Origin: an uncultured Pelagibacteraceae bacterium
GTDB lineage: Bacteria; Pseudomonadota; Alphaproteobacteria; Pelagibacterales; Pelagibacteraceae
Assembly (NCBI GenBank): GCA_902632445.1
Contig: CACPCL010000004.1
Span: forward strand, 3,835 to 67,834
Direction: 5' to 3'
Length of the DNA: 64,000 nt
Below the pieces are notes generated by a model, which was not told where the DNA came from, did no database searches, and worked only from the letters and a program-made list of their open reading frames with translations. Position 1 is the stretch's first letter. Every line of letters starts with the position of its first letter. The translations under genes and the position numbers were made by a program. Shown piece by piece: positions 19,897-30,388 of this stretch.

Positions 19897-20972
19897 AATT
19901 TATAATTTATTGTTTTTTGTGTCATTTCAACACTATGCACCATACTTTCATAGAAACCAGCTTTAGTAATTTTAATAAATTTAGCATTTTTTGATATTTG
20001 ATTTACGTTTTTAGCGCCAATATACCCCATAGAAGATTTCAATCCACCTTTTAGCTGATAAATAATCTTAGAAACATTACCTTTATACTCCACTCTACCT
20101 TCCACGCCTTCTGGAACAAATTTTGACTTATCTTTAAAATTTTTTTGAAAATACCTGTTTGCTGACCCTGAAGACATAGCCCCTATCGAACCCATACCTC
20201 TATATTGCTTGTAAATTTTTCCTTTAACTTTAAACTTTTTTCCTGGACTTTCATCAGTCCCTGCAAATATTGAACCCATCATAATTGCATCAGCTCCAGC
20301 TGCTAAAGCTTTAGCTATGTCTCCTGAAAACTTAATTCCTCCATCTGAAATAATTTTTACTTTTTTTCCCTTCAAAGCTTTTTTTACATTCATAATAGCT
20401 GATATCTGAGGCACTCCTATTCCTGCTACCATCCTTGTTGTGCAAATTGACCCCGGGCCTATACCTACTTTAATTATATCTGCTCCATTATTATAAAGTT
20501 TTTTTGCGGCCTCACCTGTAGCAACGTTACCTACACAAATTGGAACTTTGATTTTAATTTTTTTTAATTTAGAAAGTATTTTTAATACTTTTGAGCTATG
20601 GCCGTGGGCAGTATCTATAACAATTAAATCACATCCATTTTCAATTAATGATTTTGCCCTATCTATATCCTCGCTATTTGTTCCAATAGCTGCTCCCACT
20701 AAAAGTCTTTTGTTTTTGACTTTTAATATCTCTTTCGACTGATCCCTAATTTTTAAATTTCTATGAATTACACCAATTCCTCCAGAATTTGCCATAGCTA
20801 TTGCCATTTTTGACTCGGTGACTGTATCCATCGCAGAAGATAGAAAAGGAACTTTTAAAGTGATGCGGTCTGTTAAGGTTGTTGAAATATCTGTTTCTGA
20901 TGGAAGCACATTTGAATATTGCGGAACTAAAAGAACATCATCAAAGGTTAAAGCTTCTTTAATTGTTTCCAT
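19893..20972 (-). CDS. guaB: IMP dehydrogenase lacking the CBS subdomain
   Basis: 'LTFDDVLL', 'SAMDTVTE', 'IDTAHGH', '[13 protein letters not shown]', 'YRGMGS', 'RYFQ', 'VPEGVEG'; 359 aa. Confidence 0.96.
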   Translation of the reverse strand: METIKEALTFDDVLLVPQYSNVLPSETDISTTLTDRITLKVPFLSSAMDTVTESKMAIAMANSGGIGVIHRNLKIRDQSKEILKVKNKRLLVGAAIGTNSEDIDRAKSLIENGCDLIVIDTAHGHSSKVLKILSKLKKIKIKVPICVGNVATGEAAKKLYNNGADIIKVGIGPGSICTTRMVAGIGVPQISAIMNVKKALKGKKVKIISDGGIKFSGDIAKALAAGADAIMMGSIFAGTDESPGKKFKVKGKIYKQYRGMGSIGAMSSGSANRYFQKNFKDKSKFVPEGVEGRVEYKGNVSKIIYQLKGGLKSSMGYIGAKNVNQISKNAKFIKITKAGFYESMVHSVEMTQKTINYKL

Positions 20973-20998
20973 ATAAACTTATATACAATTATTAAAAT

Positions 20999-21625
20999 TT
21001 ATAAAGTCTTTAAAATCTTACAATGTAAATAAGTCTCTTTTGATTCTACCCTGCTTGAATCAGGTTTAAAGAAATTTACTACTTTAAATGTTTTTTTGGC
21101 TAAATCCTTAATCTCTACAAAATCGTCGCCCATAAACAGCTTTGTGACAAATACTCCCGTAGGTTTAAGTATTTTTGTGGAAAACTCGATAGCCTCTGAG
21201 CATAATTGGTTTGTTCTTATCGAGTCTAAAGATTTGTTTCCAGTAGTGTCAGCAGCCATGTCTGAAATTACAATATCTAACTTACCTTGAAAAAAATTTA
21301 ATATTATTCGCTTTGTTTCCTCCTCAAAAATATCTCTTTTAATAAAATTAACGTTTTTTATTGGTTTCATTGATTTAATATCCAGAGCAATTATTTTACC
21401 TTTTGTAATTATTTTACTGGCAACCTGAGACCATCCTCCGGGAGAAGAGCCTAAATCTAATAATTTTGAATTATTTTTGATAAATTTAAACTTCTCGTTC
21501 AATTCAATTAATTTAAAAGAAGCTCTCGATCTATAACCTAAAATTTTGGATTTTTTAAAAAATTGATCTCTATGTTGTTTTATTTTCCATGAATTACTTT
21601 TTTTAGTTCTTTTTGACTTTTTCAT
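20999..21625 (-). CDS. rlmE: 23S rRNA U2552 2'-O-methyltransferase
   Basis: 'YRSRASFKL', 'DLGSSPGGWSQ', 'SDMA', 'KPDSSR.ESKETY'. Confidence 0.95.
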   Translation of the reverse strand: MKKSKRTKKSNSWKIKQHRDQFFKKSKILGYRSRASFKLIELNEKFKFIKNNSKLLDLGSSPGGWSQVASKIITKGKIIALDIKSMKPIKNVNFIKRDIFEEETKRIILNFFQGKLDIVISDMAADTTGNKSLDSIRTNQLCSEAIEFSTKILKPTGVFVTKLFMGDDFVEIKDLAKKTFKVVNFFKPDSSRVESKETYLHCKILKTL

Positions 21626-22416
21626 TATAAAATATCTTCATGCTCTTCGTCAGATATTTTTTGTTTATTCTTTTTTTGATGGTTTTTATAAATAAAAATA
21701 CTTGCTGGTATTGAAAATAAATAAAATAGGCTGAAAACTAAAAGAGTTTCAAAAGTATAGAACAACAATGCGATGAAAATTATTCCCACTATAAGCAATA
21801 AGAATATAGTCATTTTAGGTGAAATTGAAATTTTTTTTAGCGAAAGTGTTGGAGTTTTACTAACCAAAAGTAAAGCTATAAAAATTGTTAAATAAGGCGT
21901 TAAATTTTTTACGTCTATATTAAAATTGAAGTTAGTTAAATCGTAGATAAGTGGCATTAAAATTAAAAGTCCACCAGCAGGAGATGGTATTCCTTCAAAA
22001 AAATTATTTTTCCACTCATCTTGATTATTATTTTTTGTCAAATTAAATCTTGCTAATCTTAAAACACAACATACAGAATATATTAAAGCAATTGCCCAAC
22101 CAAGTTTTCCATAATTATTTAGTTCCCAAAAATATAAAATAAATACTGGGGCTATTCCAAAACTTACAAAATCAGTAAGGGAGTCTAATTCTTTTCCAAA
22201 TTCTGAAGTTCCTTTTATCAATCTTGCAATTCTACCATCTAAGGCATCAAGTATTGCAGCTAGCAAAATTAAAGTAACAGCTAAACTAAAATTTCCATCA
22301 ATAGAAAATTTAATTGAACTAATTCCAAGACAAACTCCTCCTAGCGTGAGAATATTTGGCAAGAGATATCTTGTTTTTTTTGAAGAAACTAACTTAAATT
22401 TTTTATTTTGATCCAT
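21625..22416 (-). CDS. pssA: CDP-diacylglycerol--serine O-phosphatidyltransferase
   Basis: CDP-alcohol motif 'DALDGRIAR...SEFGKELDSLTD', 'RLARFN'; follows psd. Confidence 0.93.
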   Translation of the reverse strand: MDQNKKFKLVSSKKTRYLLPNILTLGGVCLGISSIKFSIDGNFSLAVTLILLAAILDALDGRIARLIKGTSEFGKELDSLTDFVSFGIAPVFILYFWELNNYGKLGWAIALIYSVCCVLRLARFNLTKNNNQDEWKNNFFEGIPSPAGGLLILMPLIYDLTNFNFNIDVKNLTPYLTIFIALLLVSKTPTLSLKKISISPKMTIFLLLIVGIIFIALLFYTFETLLVFSLFYLFSIPASIFIYKNHQKKNKQKISDEEHEDIL

Positions 22417-23066
22417 TATTTTGATGCAATTAAACTTTCTCCTGCTACTACATTCTGTCCAAGTTTAGCTAATAATTTTTTATTTTTAAAATAGATATCA
22501 ACTCTACTTCCAAATCTTATCATGCCAACTCTGTCGCCTTGTTTTAAATCTTGTCCTTGCTCAACTTCACAAACAATTCTTCTTGCGATCAATCCTGCTA
22601 TTTGAACAATAATTATTTCTTCACCATCTTCTAAAGATTTTATTTTAAAATAATTTCTCTCATTTTCTTCGCTTGCTTTATCCAAAGACGCATTTAAAAA
22701 TTTTCCTGGCTTATAATAAATCTCTTCAATTTTACCAGATATTGGAATTCTATTTACATGACAATTAAAAACATTCATAAAAATGCTCACTTTTGTAAAT
22801 GTCTTGTTTTCAAGTCTTAACTCCTCTGGCCCAGACCTTTCAGATATATCAGTGATTAACCCATCTGCAGGACTTACCAAATATGCGTCATCATTTATTG
22901 AATGCCTTTCTGGATCTCTAAAGAAGTAATAAACCCAAATGGTAACAATCGCTAAAATTATACCCAATGACTTTGAGAAAAACAAAACTACAAAGGTTAT
23001 TAAAATAGAAATAGCTAAGAATTTGTAGCCTTCTTTATGTATCTTAGGAAATATTGTATTAAACAT
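22416..23066 (-). CDS. psd: Phosphatidylserine decarboxylase proenzyme
   Basis: 'FFRDPER', 'SPADG', 'HVNRIP', 'QIAGLIARRI', pyruvoyl site 'FGSRVD'. Confidence 0.96.
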   Translation of the reverse strand: MFNTIFPKIHKEGYKFLAISILITFVVLFFSKSLGIILAIVTIWVYYFFRDPERHSINDDAYLVSPADGLITDISERSGPEELRLENKTFTKVSIFMNVFNCHVNRIPISGKIEEIYYKPGKFLNASLDKASEENERNYFKIKSLEDGEEIIIVQIAGLIARRIVCEVEQGQDLKQGDRVGMIRFGSRVDIYFKNKKLLAKLGQNVVAGESLIASK

Positions 23067-23076
23067 AATTTTAAGT

Positions 23077-23104
23077 TTGCTAAATTTTTCTTAATATGTA
23101 TAAA
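23077..23104 (+). promoter_or_regulatory. Putative sigma70 promoter of icd
   Basis: TTGCTA (23077-23082), 16-nt spacer, TATAAA (23099-23104), 26 nt before the ATG. Confidence 0.45.
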
Positions 23105-23130
23105 AATCACAGTTTATCAATCAATATTTT

Positions 23131-24345
23131 ATGGCGAAAATAAAAGTTAAAAATCCAGTGGTTGAGTTAGATGGCGATGAAATGACGAGAATAATATGGT
23201 CATTTATCAAAGATAAGTTAATTAAACCCTATTTGGAGGTAGATTTAAGATATTATGACCTTGGTATGCAAAACCGTGACAAAACTGATGATCAGATTAC
23301 GGTAGATGCGGCAAATGCAATTAAAAAAATTGGTGTTGGTGTTAAATGCGCAACAATTACCCCTGATGAAGCAAGAGTTGATGAATTCAAATTAAAGAAA
23401 ATGTGGAGATCACCTAATGGAACAATAAGAAACATTTTAGGTGGAACAGTATTCAGAGAACCAATTATTTGTAAAAATGTTCCAAAGTTAGTTCCCGGTT
23501 GGACGAAACCGATTGTAATCGGCAGACATGCATATGGTGATCAATACAGAGCCACTGACTTTTTGATACCTGGCGAAGGAAATCTAGAAGTCAAATGGAC
23601 TTCTAAAGATGGAAAAGATAAAAAAGAATTTAAAGTGTTTGATTTTCCTGGATCTGGTACTGCTTTAACTATGTATAATTTAGATGAATCTATTAAAAAT
23701 TTTGCTAGAGCTTGTATGAATTATGGGCTTGGTAGAAAATGGCCAGTGTATTTATCAACTAAAAATACAATTCTCAAAGCTTACGATGGAAGATTTAAAG
23801 ATCTTTTTAAAGAAGTTTTTGAAAAAGAATTTTCAGATAAATTTAAAAAAGCTAATATTACTTACGAACACAGGTTAATTGATGATATGGTTGCGTGTGC
23901 TATGAAATGGAATGGAGGTTATGTTTGGGCATGTAAAAATTATGACGGTGACGTGCAATCAGATACTGTGGCACAAGGATTTGGGTCTTTAGGCTTAATG
24001 ACAAGTGTATTAATGACACCAGATGGTAAAACCGTAGAGTCCGAAGCTGCCCATGGAACAGTTACAAGACATTTTAGAATGCATCAACAGGGTAAAGAAA
24101 CTTCTACAAATCCTATTGCATCTATATTCGCCTGGACAAGAGGTTTAGCCCATAGAGGAAAGCTTGATGGAAATGACGAACTAATAAAATTTTCAACTAA
24201 TATTGAAGAAGTATGTGTTAAAACTGTTGAGAACGGCTCAATGACAAAAGATTTAGCAATCTTAATTGATAAGTCTGCAAAATACCTTACTACAAATCAG
24301 TTCTTAGAAGCTATTGATGGAAATTTAAAGAAAAAACTTAACTAA
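23131..24345 (+). CDS. icd: NADP-dependent isocitrate dehydrogenase (type II, homodimeric)
   Basis: '[10 protein letters not shown]', '[12 protein letters not shown]', 'SPNGTIRN', 'NYDGDVQSD', '[10 protein letters not shown]'. Confidence 0.98.
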   Translation: MAKIKVKNPVVELDGDEMTRIIWSFIKDKLIKPYLEVDLRYYDLGMQNRDKTDDQITVDAANAIKKIGVGVKCATITPDEARVDEFKLKKMWRSPNGTIRNILGGTVFREPIICKNVPKLVPGWTKPIVIGRHAYGDQYRATDFLIPGEGNLEVKWTSKDGKDKKEFKVFDFPGSGTALTMYNLDESIKNFARACMNYGLGRKWPVYLSTKNTILKAYDGRFKDLFKEVFEKEFSDKFKKANITYEHRLIDDMVACAMKWNGGYVWACKNYDGDVQSDTVAQGFGSLGLMTSVLMTPDGKTVESEAAHGTVTRHFRMHQQGKETSTNPIASIFAWTRGLAHRGKLDGNDELIKFSTNIEEVCVKTVENGSMTKDLAILIDKSAKYLTTNQFLEAIDGNLKKKLN

Positions 24346-27019
24346 TTTTTTTAGATATTTCTTTAAAGGCATCTCCAATTTTATTTTTATCCACACCTCC
24401 TGCTTGAGCGAAATCTTTTCTGCCGCCACCTCCCTTGCCTCCTAAAATTACTGCAGCTGACTTTACTAAATTAACAGCATTATATTTTGTTGTTAAATCT
24501 TGAGTAACTCCTACAGCCAAACCAATCTTATCTTCAAATGTTGAAATACTAATTATAATTCCGGATTTAATATCTTTTTTTCCTTGATCAATTATTCCTC
24601 TAAGTTCTTTGGGAGGAAAATCTTTTAAAATTTGTTCCCGAATTAATATATTTCCGATTTTTTTATCCTTGATTATATTTTTATTTTTATCTTTCTTTAT
24701 ACCTTCAATTTTTACTTTATTAAGCTGTTTATTTAAATTTTTTAAATTTTCAGACAAATCTAAATCTTTGTTATAATTAGGATCGATTTTCAATTTTTGA
24801 AGTTCATTTTTAATTAAGTTTATATCTTTTTTAAGATTAGACTCTTTCAGAGACTTATCTTCATTTTGTGTTTTTTCGTATTCTTCTAATTGTTTATCCC
24901 TCAATGCCTCAATCCTTCTAACTCCTGATGCAATAGATGATTGACTAATTACTTTAAACTTACCAACTTCTTTAGTGTTTTTTACATGTGTTCCTCCACA
25001 TAATTCTGTTGAGAAGAAACCATTATTTTCCTTACCCATAAAAACCACTCTTACTTCCTCCCCATACTTTTCTCCAAATAATGCAAGAGCACCCATACCA
25101 ACTGCCTCCTTTGGGGTCATTATTCTTGTTTGCACGTCTGTGGATCCAGTTACAATGTCATTAACTATATTGTTTATTTTAGTCATTTCCTCTTTTTCAA
25201 TAGGTTTGTTGTGACTAAAATCAAATCTTAGCCTTTCAGGGGAGACTAATGATCCTTTTTGTGTCACATGCTTTCCCAGAGTTCTTCTTAATGACTCATG
25301 CAATAAATGAGTAGCTGAATGATTAGCTTTTGAATTATTTCTTTTTAAAACATCTATTTCTAAATTAACATTTTGTCCATTCGAAATTGAACCTTTTTCA
25401 ACTTTTCCATAATGAACATATAAATCTCCCATTTTTTTTTGAGTATCATTCACTTTGATTTTACAATTGGAGTTAAAAATATAACCCTGATCACCTACTT
25501 GACCGCCAGACTCTCCATAAAAAGGAGTTTGATTTGTTATAACTTCTATTTCATCTCCAGTAATAGCAGAATCTACAAATTTACCTTTTTTTAAAATTTT
25601 AATTATTACACCTTCAGCTTTATCAAATTCATAACCTAAAAATTCAGTTGGGCTTAGTTCCTCTCTAATTCTAAACCATTTTTCCTCAACAGACTTATCT
25701 CCTGATCCTTTCCAATTCGCTCTTGCTAAAGTTTTGCTTTTTTCCATCTCCCTCTCAAAACCAACATTGTCTACTTTAATATCTTTACCTCTTAGGATGT
25801 CAGCAGTAAGGTCTAAGGGAAAGCCATAAGTATCATATAATTTAAAAGCTTCTATACCTGGGAGAGTTTTATTTTGAACTTTATTTAAATTTTCATTGAG
25901 TATTTTCATACCGCGTTCTAAAAGGGAAGAAAATTTCTCTTCTTCATTTTTAAGAGTTTCAACTATCAACTCTGTACCATTTATTAATTCTGGATAACTG
26001 TTTTTCATCTCGTTTAATAAAACTTCAAAAAGTTTATAAAAAACAGGATTTTTGCTACCTAAAGAATAAGCATGCCTCATCCCTCTTCTCATAATTCGTC
26101 TTAAAACATATCCACGTCCCTCGTTTGAAGGTAATATACCTTCAGCTATTAAAAAACTACTTGCTCTTAAGTGATCAGCGATAACTCTGTGGCTTGCTAC
26201 TGTTTTGTTGTTAATTGAAGTCTTTGTTATATCAGACGAAGCAGCCATTATTTTTTTAAAGTGATCAATTTTATAATTGTCATGGGTACCTTGTAAAACA
26301 GCCGTCATTCTCTCAAGCCCCATGCCTGTATCGACTGAGGGTTTTGGAAGATCAATTCTTTTTGCTTTTGATATTTGCTCATACTGCATAAATACAAGGT
26401 TCCAAATTTCTATAAATCTATCACCGTCTTCGTCAAGGCCTCCAGGTGGGCCGCCTTTCAACTTATCGCCATGATCATAAAAAATTTCAGAACAAGGACC
26501 ACAGGGTCCTGTATCACCCATAGACCAAAAATTATCAGATGTCGAAATTTTTATTATTTTGCTATCATTTAATCCAGCAATTTTTTTCCAAAGATTGAAT
26601 GCATCGTTATCTTCATGAAAAACAGTTACTAATAATTTTTCTTTAGGTAAACCAAAGTCTCTGGTCAATAGACTCCAAGCATGATGAATAGCTTGTTCTT
26701 TAAAATAATCTCCGAAGGAAAAATTTCCCAACATTTCAAAAAAAGTATGGTGTCTTGGTGTATATCCTACGTTTTCTAAATCATTATGTTTTCCTCCTGC
26801 CCTAACACATTTTTGAGATGTCGTAGCTGTTTTGTAATCTCTTTTTTCTAAACCTGTGAAAACATTTTTAAATTGAACCATGCCTGAGTTGGTGAACATC
26901 AGGGTAGGATCATTGTTTGGAACTAAGTTGCTAGAGTCTACGATCTTATGATTGTTTTTTTTAAAATAATCTAAGAATTTTTTCCTAACATCGGTAAGTA
27001 AAATTTGGCCCATATTCAA
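24338..27019 (-). CDS. alaS: Alanine--tRNA ligase
   Basis: '[10 protein letters not shown]', '[19 protein letters not shown]', editing motifs 'HSATH' and 'ELCGGTH', 'GGKGGG'. Confidence 0.98.
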   Translation of the reverse strand: MNMGQILLTDVRKKFLDYFKKNNHKIVDSSNLVPNNDPTLMFTNSGMVQFKNVFTGLEKRDYKTATTSQKCVRAGGKHNDLENVGYTPRHHTFFEMLGNFSFGDYFKEQAIHHAWSLLTRDFGLPKEKLLVTVFHEDNDAFNLWKKIAGLNDSKIIKISTSDNFWSMGDTGPCGPCSEIFYDHGDKLKGGPPGGLDEDGDRFIEIWNLVFMQYEQISKAKRIDLPKPSVDTGMGLERMTAVLQGTHDNYKIDHFKKIMAASSDITKTSINNKTVASHRVIADHLRASSFLIAEGILPSNEGRGYVLRRIMRRGMRHAYSLGSKNPVFYKLFEVLLNEMKNSYPELINGTELIVETLKNEEEKFSSLLERGMKILNENLNKVQNKTLPGIEAFKLYDTYGFPLDLTADILRGKDIKVDNVGFEREMEKSKTLARANWKGSGDKSVEEKWFRIREELSPTEFLGYEFDKAEGVIIKILKKGKFVDSAITGDEIEVITNQTPFYGESGGQVGDQGYIFNSNCKIKVNDTQKKMGDLYVHYGKVEKGSISNGQNVNLEIDVLKRNNSKANHSATHLLHESLRRTLGKHVTQKGSLVSPERLRFDFSHNKPIEKEEMTKINNIVNDIVTGSTDVQTRIMTPKEAVGMGALALFGEKYGEEVRVVFMGKENNGFFSTELCGGTHVKNTKEVGKFKVISQSSIASGVRRIEALRDKQLEEYEKTQNEDKSLKESNLKKDINLIKNELQKLKIDPNYNKDLDLSENLKNLNKQLNKVKIEGIKKDKNKNIIKDKKIGNILIREQILKDFPPKELRGIIDQGKKDIKSGIIISISTFEDKIGLAVGVTQDLTTKYNAVNLVKSAAVILGGKGGGGRKDFAQAGGVDKNKIGDAFKEISKKIS

Positions 27020-27056
27020 TTAAATACAGATATTTTAGAACTTGTCTATAAAGAGA

Positions 27057-27413
27057 TTAGTTTGTAGTTTTTTTATCGTTGTCTACTACAACGCAAATTT
27101 CAGATTTTGTTAAAAATCTTTGCCCTGTTCCATTATCTAGGGAAAACATACCTCCAATTCCTTTAACAGCATCAATAGTCAAATCTGTATGTTTCCATTT
27201 TTCATATTGATCTTCGTTCATATAAAAAGGTGTTCCATCTACCTCTCCCAGTTTTACATCGCTATTTCCTACTTGATATTCTTTTGCTGGAAAGCACATA
27301 GGTGCGCTGCCGTCGCAGCATCCGCCTGATTGGTGAAATAAAAGGTCGTCTCCATGAACCTGTTTGATTTCACTTAATAGTTTTTTTGCTGATAATGTGA
27401 ATGATACTTTCAT
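27057..27413 (-). CDS. DUF779 family protein (probable start ATG 27413)
   Basis: Signature 'LLFHQSGGCCDGSAPMCFP', 'QYEKWKHT.LTID...G.GGMFSLD...G.RFLT'; directly downstream of an aldehyde dehydrogenase. Confidence 0.85.
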   Translation of the reverse strand: MKVSFTLSAKKLLSEIKQVHGDDLLFHQSGGCCDGSAPMCFPAKEYQVGNSDVKLGEVDGTPFYMNEDQYEKWKHTDLTIDAVKGIGGMFSLDNGTGQRFLTKSEICVVVDNDKKTTN

Positions 27414-27424
27414 TTCTATATTTC

Positions 27425-27449
27425 GGCCCATGATTTAGAATCATGGGCC
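27425..27449. repeat. Perfect 11-bp inverted repeat (intercistronic hairpin)
   Basis: GGCCCATGATT-tag-AATCATGGGCC between the ALDH stop and DUF779. Confidence 0.85.
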
Positions 27450-27464
27450 ATTATATATTATTGG

Positions 27465-29018
27465 TTAAAAGAAGCCTAATTTTTTCTCACTGTAAGACAC
27501 ATGTAAATTCTTAACTTGTCTATAATGATTTAACATCATTTTGTGAGTTTCTCTTCCTATACCAGATTGTTTGTATCCACCAAATGCAGCATGAGCTGGG
27601 TAAGCATGGTAACAATTTGTCCAAACTCTTCCTGCTTCAATACCTCTACCCATTCTGTATGCAATGTTTCCGTCTCTAGTCCAAACACCTGCTCCTAATC
27701 CGTAAAGAGTATCATTAGCAATCTCTAATGCTTCTTTCTCATCTTTAAACGTTGTAACTGATACAACTGGTCCAAATATCTCTTCTTGGAATATTCGCAT
27801 GTTGTTTTTTCCTTCAAAAATTGTTGGTTGGATATAGTTTCCTTTTTCAAGACCACTATTAATTTTTGCAGCACTTCCACCGCACAGAACTTTGGCACCT
27901 TCTTTTTTACCTAAGTCTAAGTAAGACTTAATTTTTTCCATTTGTTCTAGTGAAGCTTGAGCTCCAATCATAGTTTCCATTTTCAAAGGATTGTCTTGTT
28001 TCACAGCTTTAGTTCTTGCAATCGCCTTCTCCATGAATTTGTCATAGATAGATTTTTGAATTAAAGCTCTACTTGGACAAGTGCAAACTTCTCCTTGGTT
28101 GAGCGTAAACATTGCAAAACCCTCTAAACATTTGTCAAAGAAGTCGTCATCTTTTGCCATCACATCTTCAAAGAAAATATTTGGCGATTTACCACCTAAT
28201 TCCAAAGTTATTGGTATTAAGTTTTGAGATGCATACTGCATAATCAAACGTCCAGTAGTAGTTTCACCTGTAAAAGCTATCTTCTTAATTCTTTTAGAAG
28301 AAGCTAATGGTTTACCTGCTTCAAGACCATATCCGCTAACAACGTTAACAACACCTGCTGGTAATAGATCTCCTATAAGTTCCATTAAAAGCATGATTGA
28401 TGCTGGTGTTTGCTCAGCTGGTTTTAAAACTACACAGTTTCCTGCTGCCAATGCTGGAGCTAACTTCCATGTAGCCATTAATAATGGGAAGTTCCAAGGT
28501 ATAATCTGACCAACCACACCTAATGGTTCTGGTATGTGGTAAGAATATTCACTGTTACTTATTTCAGCAACTGAACCTTCCTCTGCTCTTATTACTCCTG
28601 CAAAATATCTCCAATGATCGATTACTAAAGGTAAATCTGCAGCCATACATTCTCTAATTGGCTTACCATTGTCCAAACATTCTGCTGTCGCTAAAACGTT
28701 TAGATTTTTCTCTATAACATCAGCAATCTTTAAGAGTATGTTTGATCTCTCTGTGATTGATGTTTTTCCCCATGCAGGAAATGCTGCGTGGGCTGCGTCA
28801 AGAGCAAAATCAACGTCTTTTTCGTTCGATCGTGGCACCTTACAGATAACTTCATTAGTGATAGGAGTAGTATTATCAAAATACTTTCCTGATTTAGGTT
28901 CTACAAATTTTCCGTTAATGTAGTTTCCATATTTAGCTTTGAATGGAAATTTAACCTTCAAATGAGAGGTATCTAAAGATGAAGACACTTTCGAGCTTGA
29001 TGCTTGTTGTGTACTCAT
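27465..29018 (-). CDS. aldB: NAD-dependent aldehyde dehydrogenase, AldB/ExaC (acetaldehyde dehydrogenase II) type; start moved to ATG 29018
   Basis: 'GQIIPWNFP', 'KPAEQTP', 'AFTGETTTG', 'LELGGKSP', '[11 protein letters not shown]', 'QEEIFGP', '[17 protein letters not shown]', C-terminal 'LGFF'. SD AAGGGGG before ATG 29018. Confidence 0.9.
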   Translation of the reverse strand: MSTQQASSSKVSSSLDTSHLKVKFPFKAKYGNYINGKFVEPKSGKYFDNTTPITNEVICKVPRSNEKDVDFALDAAHAAFPAWGKTSITERSNILLKIADVIEKNLNVLATAECLDNGKPIRECMAADLPLVIDHWRYFAGVIRAEEGSVAEISNSEYSYHIPEPLGVVGQIIPWNFPLLMATWKLAPALAAGNCVVLKPAEQTPASIMLLMELIGDLLPAGVVNVVSGYGLEAGKPLASSKRIKKIAFTGETTTGRLIMQYASQNLIPITLELGGKSPNIFFEDVMAKDDDFFDKCLEGFAMFTLNQGEVCTCPSRALIQKSIYDKFMEKAIARTKAVKQDNPLKMETMIGAQASLEQMEKIKSYLDLGKKEGAKVLCGGSAAKINSGLEKGNYIQPTIFEGKNNMRIFQEEIFGPVVSVTTFKDEKEALEIANDTLYGLGAGVWTRDGNIAYRMGRGIEAGRVWTNCYHAYPAHAAFGGYKQSGIGRETHKMMLNHYRQVKNLHVSYSEKKLGFF

Positions 29019-29145
29019 TTTCCCCCTTTTGTTCAATTTCTTAATTAAAACCAATATGAACTAGATTGTACACATGTATTTTTGCTCTTTTTTTTAAGAC
29101 TACTAAATATAGATTTAGTCAATTTAAAGTTGTTATTTCATGAGA

Positions 29146-29174
29146 AACGGGAGGTTTAATTAAAACCTCCCGTT
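29146..29174 (-). terminator. Intrinsic terminator / hairpin downstream of recA
   Basis: 12-bp inverted repeat AACGGGAGGTTT / AAACCTCCCGTT, 18 nt after the recA stop; short U-tail. Confidence 0.75.
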
Positions 29175-29192
29175 GAAATGATGGCAGAAGAA

Positions 29193-30296
29193 TTATTCTT
29201 CTTCTTTTTTGTCGCTAATTTTTTCGTTTGCTGAAGGGTTGCCCTCTAACTCCTTACTGATCGCTGAAGCTTCATCTCTTATAATTTTTTCTATTTCTGC
29301 AGCAACATTTGGGTTTTTTTGAAGGTAAATTTTAGCATTTTCTCTACCTTGACCTATTTTTTCGCCTTTATATGCATACCAAGCACCCGATTTTTCTACA
29401 ACGCCTGCTTTTGTACCCAAGTCAATAAGCTCACCTAGTTTGCTTATTCCTTTTCCATACATTAAGTCAAATTCGACAACTTTGAATGGCGGAGCAACTT
29501 TATTTTTAATTACTTTAACTCTAGTAGAGTTTCCAATAATTTGATCTTTTTCCTTAATAGCTCCAATTCTTCTGATATCCATTCTCACTGATGAATAAAA
29601 TTTCAGAGCATTACCGCCAGATGTTGTTTCTGGATTGCCAAACATTACACCTATCTTCATTCTTATTTGATTAATAAATATCACCATTGTGTTAGATTTG
29701 GATACTGAGCCGGTTATTTTTCGTAGTGCTTGACTCATTAATCTAGATTGTAATCCGACGTGATGGTCTCCCATTTCACCCTCTAACTCCGCTTTTGGGG
29801 TTAAGGCTGCTACTGAGTCCACTACTAAAACAGATACAGAACCTGATTTTATTAATGTATCAGTTATTTCTAAAGCTTGTTCTCCGGTATCAGGTTGTGA
29901 AATTAGTAATTCTTCGGTTTTAACACCCAGCTTCTTTGCGTAAACTGGGTCCATTGCATGTTCCGCATCAACAAAAGCGCATATTCCGCCAGCTTTTTGG
30001 GCTTCAGCCACCACTTGTAGAGCTAATGTAGTTTTTCCTGAAGACTCAGGTCCATAAATCTCGATAATTCGCCCTTTTGGCAAACCACCAATTCCTAAGG
30101 CTAAATCTAAGCTGAGCGAGCCAGTAGAAATAGCTTCTACATCTAAGGCCTGTTGTTGACCAAGTCTCATTACAGAACCTTTTCCAAAATTCTGGTCTAT
30201 TTGGCTTATTGCAGCTTCTAAAGACTTATTTTTCTCTTTTAATTCTTGCTGTTTTTTATTGTCCGTTTTTACGACTTTTAAGTTATTTTTTGTCAT
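29193..30296 (-). CDS. recA: Recombinase RecA
   Basis: 'GPESSGKTT', 'DAEHA', '[11 protein letters not shown]', 'VDSVAAL', '[19 protein letters not shown]'. Confidence 0.99.
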   Translation of the reverse strand: MTKNNLKVVKTDNKKQQELKEKNKSLEAAISQIDQNFGKGSVMRLGQQQALDVEAISTGSLSLDLALGIGGLPKGRIIEIYGPESSGKTTLALQVVAEAQKAGGICAFVDAEHAMDPVYAKKLGVKTEELLISQPDTGEQALEITDTLIKSGSVSVLVVDSVAALTPKAELEGEMGDHHVGLQSRLMSQALRKITGSVSKSNTMVIFINQIRMKIGVMFGNPETTSGGNALKFYSSVRMDIRRIGAIKEKDQIIGNSTRVKVIKNKVAPPFKVVEFDLMYGKGISKLGELIDLGTKAGVVEKSGAWYAYKGEKIGQGRENAKIYLQKNPNVAAEIEKIIRDEASAISKELEGNPSANEKISDKKEEE

Positions 30297-30335
30297 TTTT
30301 TATCCTTTTTTATTGTTCGAATCGATATATTAAAT

Positions 30336-30350
30336 GTACACATTTTGTTC
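30336..30350 (-). promoter_or_regulatory. Alphaproteobacterial LexA (SOS) box
   Basis: Minus strand GAAC-AAAATGT-GTAC = GAAC-N7-GTAC, 39 nt upstream of the recA ATG. Confidence 0.8.
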
Positions 30351-30388
30351 TTTTTATCAAGAAATTAAATATGCCAATAAAATTAAGC

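Noticed and set aside
29058-29071. Second LexA box (GAAC...GTAC) upstream of the ALDH gene
   Set aside because: The spacer is 6 nt (TAGATT), not the required 7.
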